Origin: Octopus sinensis
Lineage: Eukaryota
Length of the DNA stretch: 47,542 nt
Reading direction: 5' to 3'
Assembly (NCBI RefSeq): GCF_006345805.1
Contig: NW_021834558.1
Span: 1 to 47,542, forward strand
Within the stretch, counting starts at the first letter, position 1; each line of letters opens with the position of its first letter. Position numbers and translations under genes: made by a program. Below, piece by piece: positions 1 through 10,289 of this stretch. The notes under the pieces were generated by a model. It was not told the origin of the DNA. It ran no database searches and saw nothing but the letters and a program-made list of their open reading frames with translations.

Positions 1-888
1 CAATTTGAAGGAAAATATGAGAGAAATTGAAGGAAACTGAAAGAATAGTGATTATACGTGCAGAGGGTAGTAGGAAGCGAGGTTGAAAGAAGAAATCTTA
101 ACTTTTAGCCGTTCATGAGCTGTGCATTCATAGTGGAGTTGAAAATACGTGCAGAGGGTAGTAGGAAGCGAGGTTGAAAGAAGAAATCTTAACTTTTAGC
201 CGTTCATGAGCTGTGCATTCGTAGTGGAGTTGAAAACGAGTGGGCTTAGCGATTTGCGGTCGCTAGTTTATATATGGCGATGGTGGTTATCGAAGACGGG
301 GGCATATAGAAGACATAGGGAGAGGGACAGGGTTAGTTGAGGAGGAGGGAGGGGGGGAAAGAAATGGTCAAGGAACACATGTGTGGAAGCTGTGCGATGG
401 GTTCTGACTGGCATAGTGGAACAAGACGAAAGTGGTCGATAATATTTATTATTTGAAATTAAGATAGGCTTGGAGAGAAAGAGGTAAAATCTAAAATCTG
501 AGTTCGTCCGAAGTCTTAACTGGACCCCAAATAGCAGAGGATTCTGTTAATCGTGATAGCAAGAAAGTAGGTTTGAAGTATCAGAGAAGTCAATTTTTAG
601 GGGAGACGATGAGTGGCTATGAAACGGGAGCAAATAGGGAGACGAGACAAGGCTAAACGAAAAACATTACATGAATGGTATGTTGAAAACTGAAAGAAAA
701 TATGAATAGAGGGTACTGAAAAATCGTGATGATAGCAAGAAAGTAGGTTTGAAGTATCAGAGAAGTCAATTTGAAGGAAAATATGAGAGAGAAATTGAAG
801 GAAACTGAAAGAATAGTGATTATACGTGCAGAGGGTAGTAGGAAGCGAGGTTGAAAGAAGAAATCTTAACTTTTAGCCGTTCATGAGC
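1..888. repeat. Unclassified purine-rich repeat with nested tandem/direct duplications (apparent ~766-bp period)
   Basis: 1-120 recurs at 767-888 (one extra GA). A 91-bp unit is tandem at 55-145/146-236. A 42-bp block at 555-596 recurs at 731-772. No recognisable ORF. Confidence 0.8.
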
Positions 889-1081
889 CACACTTCTATA
901 CAAAAGGGAGGACAAGATACAATTGATCGAAATTGCAAGAGACGGGCCTACAATTCCAGTCTGTTATATATTTTGAGTATTGTTATCACTAGCGATCTCA
1001 AGATATAACTTTGTAGTTTGTATTTTATGTGTAGATGTATATATATAGATGTACATGTAATATGTACACATATATACATGC

Positions 1082-1122
1082 ACTAGCACTATGACCCGGC
1101 AACGCCAGGTCATAATGCTAGT
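1082..1122. repeat. 41-bp near-perfect palindrome ending in CTAG-T (Helitron 3'-end-like)
   Basis: ACTAGCACTATGACCCGGC-AAC-GCCAGGTCATAATGCTAGT: 19-bp stem with 2 mismatches and a 3-nt loop. Confidence 0.6.
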
Positions 1123-1344
1123 ACCATATAAAGAAATTGTTAGAACTAAAATATCAAATATTTTACACTCTTATAGATCATTATTTAATGTCTGGCTTCT
1201 ATGGTGGCATGAGTTGTATAATTTAATTAGTTAGAGGACTGCATCATGTCTCATTGTCTACTTTGGTATGGTTTCTAGGGTTGGATACCCTTCCTAATAT
1301 CAACCAATTTACAGAGTAGGCTGGATGTCTTTTTTTATTTATTT

Positions 1345-3966
1345 CATCACCATCATTTAATGCCTGCCTTCCATGCTGGCATGGATGTGACAGTTTGACA
1401 GGATTTTTATGGCTGGATGTCCTTTGTAACACCAACCACTCAGCAGAGTGGACTTAGTGCTTTTTACGTGGCACAAGCACAAGTGAGGTCAGTTTTAGCA
1501 AGGTTTTTACAGCTGGATGCCCTTCCAAACTCCAACCACTTTACAGTGTGGACTGGATGCTTTTAAGTGGCACCTGCACTGACAGGGTCACCAAGTATTT
1601 GCAAGATGGAAAATCTCATTGGAGGAGGTGATCTTATGTTGGATGAGAAAAGGTTATAGCGAGACAGAGAAACAGAAATAGGTGTCTTGCTGTAGAAGAG
1701 GTACAAGGTTACCAGAACAGGGAGAAAGAGAGAGAGAGATCAGGAATGAAGACAGAAACAGGTGTGCTGCCACAAAGGAAATACATGGTTGCTCTACCTG
1801 AGGGAAGTGCAGGAGAAGGAGAGAGAGAGCAGGAGACAGCAGGATAGAGATGGTGGCAAAGTGCCAGGCATACTCACAAAGGACAGGGATCAGAATATAA
1901 ATGGGATGTTTGAGTAAAGGAAGAGAGAGATATGGATAGTGGCAAGTGCCACCATTTGAATGTCATAATATAAGTGGCAGGATATGTGAAGGAAGCGTGA
2001 TTAAAAAGTGCGGAGGAGGGGAACTGAGTGGTGAAAACCTGGGTATATATAGAGTCAGAGGGCGACGAGATAGCAATGATACAGAGGAATAGGGTCGCGG
2101 GGACAGGATTGGGGAGTGAGAGCTAGGCATAGTATATGAAAGAGGAAATGTGAAGAAGAGAAGAGATGTAGATTGGTTTGTTGGGATAGGGTGTGTGGAA
2201 CACACAGGTAGGGGGATAGCAGATAGCAATGATAAAGTGAGACGGCCAAGAAGACAGGATTGGGGAGTAGGAGGTAAGCATAATGCATGAAGTGGAAATG
2301 TGAGGAAGAGAAGAGATGTAGTTTGGTTTGTTGTGGTAAGGTGTGTGAGAAGTTTTCTTATTAAGTGTGGGTGGTACACACAGTGCTTCTGGAACTCAGT
2401 TTCTCTGACATGGGCAAGTCTTCTCAAGAACTTCATATCGTCAAACATCTCAGTCCATTGTCATTTCCTCTGTGGTGCCCAACATCCTGAGATCGGTCCT
2501 TACCACTTCATCCCACATCTTCCTGGGTCTCCCTCTTCTTTAAGTACCATCTACTTTCAGTGATTGGCACTTCTTTATGCAGCTGTCCTTCATATGCATC
2601 ACATGTCCAAACCAACATTGTCTTCTCTCTTGCCTGCTACATTTGATTCCTCTTATACCCAACTTTTCTCTTAAAACATTTGCACTTTGTCATACATGCA
2701 CAATGATGTTGCACATCCAATGGAGCATACTACCTTAATTTCTCTCCAGTCTACACATGTCTTCTGCATTCAGAGCCCATGTCTCACTACCATGGAGTAT
2801 AGCCGTTTGCACACAAGCATAATATAGTCTACCTTTCTTTCTGAGAGAGACTCCTTTTGCTGCCAACAGAGGTAATAGCTCTCTGAACTTTTTCCACCCA
2901 ATTCTTAATCTAGAAACAATACTTTCAGAGCATCTTCCACCATAGCTAATTTGGTCACCAAGGTAACAAAAACTATCTACAACCTCAAGAAAGCCTCCTG
3001 GGCATTTGAGAGAATCTAAGTCCTGTGTGCACTTAGTGCTTATTGTTCCTGCACATCTGGCACATACAAAGACAATTTTATCTGTTAATCAACCTATGAT
3101 TCCACTTCACCTCTTATGTGTCCATAATTTCTTCCAACCGCTTTCCTACATAATGAGCAGGGCCATTTACCTGAGAGAAAGAGAGTTTTAATTTCTTTCT
3201 TACTAACAACAACTTTGGTTTTTACTAGGTTAACTTTAAGGCCCTTTAATTCCAGGTTTTGTTTTCATACCTGGAATTTCTTCTCTAATTCTGCTTAAGA
3301 TTCTGCAATAACAGCATATAGCAGGTACCCAATTTTGAATTCCTCTCTTATGGCCTGGAGGACTATAATGAATAAGAGTGGGTTGAGAACTGAGTTGTGG
3401 TGAACCTCTACCTGTATGCTAAATTCATCACTGTATTCATGGCCGACTCTCACCTTACTGACAGCTCTAACAAGCCACTCTTCTACTCCTAACTTCCTTA
3501 GAGACCACCATAAAACAGAGCAGGGAACTCTGTCGAAAGCTTTCTCCAGGTTGATGAAGGCTAAGTACAATGGCTTACTTTTAGCCAAATACTTCTCTTG
3601 CAGCTGTCTCACTACGAAGATGGCATCTGTGGTACTCTTTCCAGGTACAAAACCAAATTGCATCTCATCAAGTTTAATTCTATTTTTAATTAATTAAGCT
3701 ATAATCCTCTCAATAACTTTCATGACTTGGTCTAGTAGTTTAGTACCCTCTGTAGTTGTTTCTATCTAAGGCATCACCTTTACCCTTGTAGCAGCTAACT
3801 ATGATACTACTACACCAGTCATTGGGGATGGTGCCTTCCTGAATAACCTGATTAACTATATGGGTAACTAAGCTGTATCCAACACCACCAGAAATTTTAA
3901 TAATCTCAGCAGTGATTCCTGATGGCCCAGGGGCTTTCCTTGTCTTCATGTCCTTAATTGCCTTAA
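1345..3966 (-). mobile_element. 5'-truncated, degenerate RTE-clade LINE (RT remnant, long 3' UTR, (GAT)n tail)
   Basis: ORFs 3740-4198 (KAIKDMKTRKAPGPSGITAE...CYKGKGDALDRNNYRG) and 3295-3663 (QFGFVPGKSTTDAIFVVRQLQEKYL...LEKAFDRVP) are RTE RT motifs. YADD is deleted (LLYAVIAES). CATCAC/CATCAT tail at 1345-1356. Confidence 0.9.
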
Positions 3967-4372
3967 ACAAGGAGAGTGGCTGACGATAGAAAGCATGAGG
4001 GATGGCAAGAGAAGATGGGGGAGTAGAGCAGGAAATGAAGAAAGAAAAGGTATTAGTGACAGGGTTGAGAAAAAGTGAGGAACAGAATTGAAAAGGTCTT
4101 AGGATGGGCTGTGCAGGGTTGGGTCCAACATGACAAGGGGCAAGTTTGAGGGAAAAGGACAGGAAGACATGAGTGGAAAGGAATTTTAAGAAAGTCATTG
4201 AAGGAAAAAGAGGTGTGGTGGTAGGACAGAGGGGGAAAGATGAGAAGGGTTAATGAGGTGGGGAAGGGAGCACTGGTAATAATGTAGAATATTGTGTTAC
4301 TAAGTAACAAGTAAAAACAAAATATTATTTCAAATATTCAGTGATAATGATTATTTTTAAAAGTAGACTCAC

Positions 4373-4616
4373 TTATTTCTAACAAAGTTTCCTTTAACAT
4401 AGGATCCATTTGCCCATGTGTATGTCCCTTCTCCATGGAACTGATTATTGAGAAAACCTCCTTCATAGACATCTCCTGAAGAATGTTTGAGCTGACCAGT
4501 GCCATTCATTGCATCATCTTTCCACATGCCCTGATAAACTGTGCCTTCAGCTGCAATATGTCTTCCAAAACCAGACCTCTGTACATTTCCATCTTGAGTA
4601 TGCAAAAATTGTCCTT
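4373..4616 (-). CDS. MORN2: MORN repeat-containing protein (MORN2-like), coding exon 3
   Basis: Acceptor ttatcttgcAG (4618-4617), donor GTgagt (4372-4367), 244 nt, phase 1 to 2. Encodes (E)GQFLHTQDGNVQRSGFG...YQGMWKDDAMNGTG...YEGGFLNNQFHGEGTYTWANGSYVKGNFVRN(K), i.e. MORN repeats (YxGxWxxxxxxGxG). MORN2 assignment is from remembered similarity. Confidence 0.88.
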
Positions 4617-4777
4617 CTGCAAGATAATAGAAGTAAATTCATTGGTATGTATACATACACGTGCACACATGCATGACATCTAGTGTTGAGTATGCAAAAA
4701 TTGTCCTTCTGCAAGATAATAGAAGTAAATTCATTGGTATGTATACATACACGTGCACACATGCATGACATCTAGTG
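4594..4777. repeat. Perfect 92-bp tandem duplication spanning the MORN2 exon 3 splice acceptor
   Basis: 4594-4685 is repeated at 4686-4777. Confidence 0.95.
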
Positions 4778-5294
4778 TGATAAACTGAAGACCAATGCTA
4801 GGATAAGCACTGATTTTTCTGTTTTTCCTGCTCTTTAATATTGTTACATTTCACTCACCCAGTACTACATAATTTATGTTCTAACATGTTAAATTTGTGC
4901 CATATTTTCTTTTATTTTTCTTCTTTCTTTACCTCATGTTAAATTGTTCTCTTTGATATGATTTTTTTCTGTCTTCTCAAACTTTGGGAGCTTGCTTGTT
5001 TGTGATGGTCCTGCCAACGATGGTAAGAAAATTTCAGTAACCAAACATAACAACAGAATGCTAATGACATTAGGAATAGTTTTTATCAATTGAGAATAGG
5101 TATAAATAGCATCTATTGTAGTATATGCAGCAAGTGTTGGAGAAGAAACGATTGTAGATTCAAGGAAAGGACAAACACAATAATGTGTGTAAATCTACTA
5201 ACTGCTTGTAGACCACAGCACAACTTTTCTTATCCCTTACATGCCATCAAACTGTAATGAACCAACAACCACACAGCTTTACTGCCAGAGATAC

Positions 5295-5580
5295 ACCCAA
5301 TCTTCCTGTAGGTTCCAAAAGTTTAGAGCTGCAATCATAAACATAGGCACAGTGGAAGACAAGTTTAGTGAGATTGTAGGCTTGCTGAGAAATGGATCAA
5401 GTAATTGAGGTGGTCAGGATGTGCAATAAGATAATTAAAATTTATCTCTGCACATACTCTACAGGTAGGATTGACAGAAGAATAGAAGAATCAATGTTGT
5501 AGACAGTGATTTCATTATTGTGACTGGCAACTTCAACAAACAGCGGAGATCCAGCAATGTCATTCACAAACAAGATAAGT
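5295..5580 (+). mobile_element. Highly decayed RTE-type APE endonuclease remnant
   Basis: Translations FRAAIINIGTVEDKFSEIVGLLR (~5321-5389) and DSDFIIVTGNFNKQ (~5502-5543) resemble the N-terminal NVGT and GDFN motifs of RTE endonucleases. Confidence 0.5.
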
Positions 5581-7299
5581 CATTTTGTATCCTAGAATAC
5601 ACTAAAATTGAATCATGGAGTGAGATGGTGGTGAAGCGACAGAGTATACTTACCATTATAGAAGTGTGCCCAGCTGACTTTGTTTCCTCATAGCTTTCTG
5701 AAAAATGGATATTTATTAATAAGATTCTACAAATATCTTTCAGCCAGTGTACATTATGATCATATTGGAATTGTGAAAATCTTTTTGGGAGAAGAGTTTT
5801 GATAATTGAAACACTTTAAATTTGTTTCCTGAAAGGTTTCAGGAAAACGAGTATTTTTAAATGAAATTTTCTACAAATAACTTTCAGATGATTCAAATAA
5901 GGATTATATAGGAATTTAATGTGAAAAAAAGAACAATGGTAGGGAGATGTGTCTCAACTTTGTTTTCCTGGTATGCTTTGATGATTTAATTATGATTATG
6001 TTGAAAAAAATTACTTTTGAAACCCATGTGATCCCTACTGTTTCTAGCATACTAAACAAACATATGGAGAACAAACTTCTTTCCATTGTTTAAAAGAGAC
6101 AGTTTCAGATTGTGACAAAATAATGAAAGAAATATATATTCAATAATTAGTGTTAGTATTGCATTCTACTTCAGAGAATTTTCAAGAAAGAGTGGAATAA
6201 TTTTTTCAACATAATTGTAATTAAATCATCAAAATGTATTAGGAAAACAAAATCAAGATGCATGAAATGTACCACGCCCCATTTTTTTCACACTAAACTT
6301 TTAAATAATCATAATCTACATATTCTGAAAGGTATTTGTAGAAAATTTCATTAAAAAATACCCCATTTTTCTGAAAGTTATGGAGAAAGAAAGTCAAAGT
6401 ATATGAATTCGCTGAAACTCTCCCACAACCTCTGAAAATGTTTTTTACCATAAATTCTAATGTTATCATAATCTGAATACACCATCTGAAATATAACTGT
6501 TGAAAATTTAATTAAAAAAAACATATTCATGCTATGAGGCAACAAAATCAGGGGTGAGGTGTGTATTTGTGTAGGTACAGCCAACTGGTACATGTAAATT
6601 AAAACCACTTTTTTAGTTCAGTTTTCTATTTCTTCAACAACATACAACAAAAATGAAAGGATACTGGAATCAACATAACTTGGCTGATGCTGAATTAAGC
6701 TTTTAATTCTGGATTAAAGTTATAATCTGGGTAAACTTTATAATTCCAGCAGTATAAATAGATGTTGAAAAATGCTACTTTGCACTGAATTAAAATATTG
6801 TATAAATAAAATTAGAATCATGATGAAAGCAGATACAATATTCAATAATAAAAGAAACTTCAAAACAGCATTTTGATAAAAATATGTGAAAACTGGAACT
6901 TTTAAAATATGTAGACTTTAATAATTGCTTTCTATTAGTAAAAGTTATATAATCCAAACTAATTAATAAGCAGTTTTCTTTATTATATGCTCCCTCAACT
7001 CTCTCATTTCTTTTATACATATACAAATATTCTTTCCCTTCATATTTTTCCTCATCTTTCTCCCTTTTCCTAAACCTATTTCATAATCATTCCTTTTAAC
7101 CCTCTCTCTGTGTGGTTGATAATATCTCTAATTATCTTATTAGTTGTTTACTGTTTTATCACTTTGCTTACATATAATTTGCAAGACTATGAATATATAA
7201 GGGTACAGCACAAGTAAAATATTTTTTGTTATTATACAGAAGGAATGGGCAGCTGCTTTCTGACACTTGTATATTAAGAATACCAATAATGTTTTCTGC

Positions 7300-8150
7300 A
7301 TTTCTTATGCTGATGACATTGAACGTATAGATGAAAGTGTAGAAGAATTAGATTTAAAATTCTAAGTATGAAAACAAAACCTGGAATTGAAGGGTCTTAG
7401 CAAAGACTAAAGTTCTGATTAGCGAGAGAACAGACAGAACACTAATCTCTTTGAGTAAATGACCTTGTTCCATATATAGATAAGGTAGAAATTCCATATG
7501 GTGTGCCTAATGCAAACTGGACACATAAAAGGTATAGTGGAATTAAAGATAGGTTAGCAGAGCAAGTATAATTTTTGTGGCAGATTTGCAAGAGAAATAA
7601 TTAATAAGAGCACACTGGAAATAGATGTTCTGAAATGCCCAGGAGGACAGCTGTATAAAGAAGTGCTGATTGCTAAAAATGTGGAAGAGACAGATCTAGG
7701 AAGACATGAGACAAAGTGGTGGAGACTGTTGAGCTTCTCAGAGATAACAAGGGACCAAGATGAATGGTGTTATGCTGTACTTGAGGAGACCCATCCATCT
7801 CAACAGAATTGAGGTTCTGTCAAACCTTCCCTGCCACAACTCATCTGTTTTTTTTTTCACTTCATGTTGCACTGAACTGATATCCTCTATGTTCAACTCA
7901 TTTCCTATCTTTAATCATCAGTCATACTATTTTCACTCACTGCACTTCCTATTCTGTCTCATATTCACATCTTTTTCTTCTCTCTCTCACTTTCCAGGTG
8001 GGCAAGCCATGTATTCACTTCTTCAGGAAAGCATCTGCTCCTCTCCCTCTATCATAGTTTCTTTCTCCAGCCTACACCCCACTCAGTTGAGGGGTCTTAT
8101 CTTGTGGGTACATGGCAACACCACCAGTGGTGCTTCCACATAAAAAGCAT
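7300..8150 (+). mobile_element. Decayed RTE LINE remnant (RT core, internal deletion, 3' UTR)
   Basis: SYADDIERIDESVEELDLKF*V*KQNLELKGL matches the RTE RT core seen at 41400-41510. The ORF end (WCYAVLEETHPSQQN*) and CT-rich UTR are homologous to 36346-36900. Confidence 0.75.
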
Positions 8151-8204
8151 CCATGCATACATATGGTGAATGTCTTCTAGTTTTCATCTACTAAATCCAA
8201 CCAG

Positions 8205-8300
8205 GTTTGAAATTTCCCCAAGACACCTGATGAAGGCTGAAGGGTATATCAGCTGAAACGTTGTGTTAACAACAAACAATCTGTCAATTGTAAATAATGT
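8205..8300 (+). other. Hammerhead-core-like remnant, possibly the terminus of a Penelope-like element
   Basis: CTGATGA (8227-8233), hairpin GGCTGA/TCAGCT (8235-8240/8249-8254), GAAA (8255-8258), then GTTG-tgttaa-CAAC. No UH cleavage triplet at the expected place. Confidence 0.4.
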
Positions 8301-8324
8301 AGTTTATTTTTACTATAAAATTGT

Positions 8325-8414
8325 AAAGTAGGTGTGAGATGTTGGATCAGGCCAGTTTGAACATAAAAGAGCAAAATATTTTGGCCGGATATGGCTGGTT
8401 TAAATGCTAAAAGG
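8325..8414 (-). mobile_element. Truncated end of a TTAA-type (piggyBac-like) MITE
   Basis: The reverse complement matches 34266-34360 (CC(C/T)TTTAGCATTTAA...GCCATATC.GGCC...TTTTATGTTCAA...CTCACACCTAC). Confidence 0.7.
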
Positions 8415-8595
8415 ATATGTGTGTGTGTGTGTGTAAGTTTGCATGTTTCTGCTGCTTAAAACCAGTGATGCTAATATAGTTACATATTGGTTCAGAAAAT
8501 ATACACTGATATACAATGCTGAATTAATGTAATAAATGTGGTGCTCCAGCATGGCTACAATCCAATAACTTTGTTATTAAGAAATGAGTAATATA

Positions 8596-8933
8596 CATTA
8601 TCATCATTTTAATGTCCACTTTTCCATGCTTGCAAGGATCAGACAGAATTCACTGAGGCAGATTTTCTATGGCTAGATACTGTTCCTGTTTCCTACCTGC
8701 ACCTGTTTCTACATAAGTAATATTTCCCATGGCCAGACATGTTTTCATGAAAGATCTGAAATGAAGTGTATTGCTTGTATGATGGTGATGATTGTTTACA
8801 ACTATCAAGTAATGTCATGATAAGGAGACACTAACACATGGACACGTTTGCATGCACACATACACATGATAAAGAAGTTCATCATATATAAGCATTTTTC
8901 AGTTTCTGTTGACTAAATCCCCTCACAAGGCTC
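8596..8933 (-). mobile_element. Decayed SINE with RTE-like (GAT)n tail
   Basis: CATTATCATCATTTTAATGTCCACTTTTCCATGCT tail shared with RTE copies. The right end (CAGTTTCTGTTGACTAAATCCCCTCACAAGGCT) is homologous to the SINE core at ~18994-19029. Confidence 0.6.
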
Positions 8934-8950
8934 TGATATATATAGATTAA

Positions 8951-9172
8951 CCCTTTCAATACCAACTCGGCTGAAACCGGCTCTGGCTCTGTAGTACAAA
9001 TGTCTTGTTTTCATAAGTTGTGAATTAAAATCTTCCACCAAACCTTAGTCACAATTTATGTTCCTAACACTAGCTTAATGATAACTAAGTTATTTTACTA
9101 AATTCTTTGTTATATTTAAAATTAATTGAAAGAAACACAGAGCATCTCAACAGAAATATGGTAATGAAAGGG
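8951..9172. mobile_element. piggyBac-type MITE, 222 bp
   Basis: TTAA TSDs at 8947-8950 and 9173-9176. 14-bp TIRs CCCTTTCAATACCA / TGGTAATGAAAGGG with 1 mismatch. Confidence 0.9.
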
Positions 9173-9561
9173 TTAAAGGAGATCTATTTAAAGATTGCGG
9201 CATCTCAAAGTGAAGCACACCACACTTGATGGCTAAACTGTATGATAGAAATCAACAGATAAACAATCCATTCCATTAGTGAAGAATTACTGAAGGTGAA
9301 GTTCACTAGTGTTTGCTAATCTGCCAATCCAATAGTATCCAAAATAGAATGAAAGTTTTAGCATGGCAGAATATAATACACACACACACACATATATATT
9401 TATATATATAAAACTTAAAGTACCAGTCAAGTACTGGACTCAATAGTATTAATTAACTCCCTTCCTTCAAAATTGTTGGCCTTATAATCTAAAGACACCC
9501 TTATTGTTTCAGATTTAGTACTACTTTATTATGGACATCTTTGAAACGTGTTTCTACTTAC

Positions 9562-9636
9562 CATACCTATCTCCACTGGGAAAAATATATGCATTTTCCT
9601 TAATTGCTTTGTCATTTGCATCATTTTTTTCCCTTT
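9562..9636 (-). CDS. MORN2: MORN2-like, coding exon 2
   Basis: Acceptor tatttcttttctAG (9638-9637), donor GTaagt (9561-9556), 75 nt, phase 1 to 1. Encodes (Q)REKNDANDKAIKENAYIFPSGDRY(E). The phase joins exon 3 as G|AA, and YIFPSGDRYEG is a MORN repeat start. Confidence 0.85.
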
Positions 9637-10289
9637 CTAGAAAAGAAATAAAAAGGTGTTTATTATTTTGAATTTTGTAAATGCAGTTATTATGTGAATA
9701 AAAGTTTTTCATATATAATAAGAAATATGGAGGATAAGAAGCAAACATGTTTCTGTTAAGTATAATAATGCTTTTATACATTAACAGAACATGAATGCAA
9801 AATTGATATAACACCTGTAAATATTGGTGCATTATAATATGGATTCAATAGAGGTGATCTGTAACCTATCATGGAGTTAGTGCTTAGTATTGCTACTGAT
9901 GAATGAAAGTGTATTTCGTCTGCTTCAATGAGGTGAGAGAAATAGTACTTTTAAAACATAGTATTCTGTATTATTGCTGTAACTAACATTGTGGATGAAT
10001 ATAAATTGTCAGGAGCATTGTGAATTGGAGCAGAACAATCAGTGACTATTTGTATATGTAAATGGTCTTGGATTATGTATTGTATGTGCAACCTATCATG
10101 TTTAATGTGTTATTTTGCTTGTGTAAAGTTTTATTTGGAATGAAGGAGGAAATTTATGGTACCCATACTAGACTGACATAATTCATATTGGTTTACAGGT
10201 ATTATTTAGATTGTGAGTTCTTTGTTTTAACTGAATCTTATGCCAGAGTATGCTTGCAGTGAATTGAAATGTTTATGTACTCAACACCA

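Noticed and set aside
1963-2563. Overlapping 77-161 aa Leu/Pro/Ser-rich ORFs
   Set aside because: They are translations of the low-complexity CT/GA-rich RTE 3' UTR.
1-4372. Final MORN2 coding exon
   Set aside because: No phase-2 acceptor followed by a MORN-like or C-terminal sequence was found. The exon is presumed to lie left of the window.
6709-6749. Imperfect inverted repeat CTGGA..AAAGTT / AACTTT..TCCAG
   Set aside because: Short, gapped and AT-rich, with no TSD. Compatible with chance.
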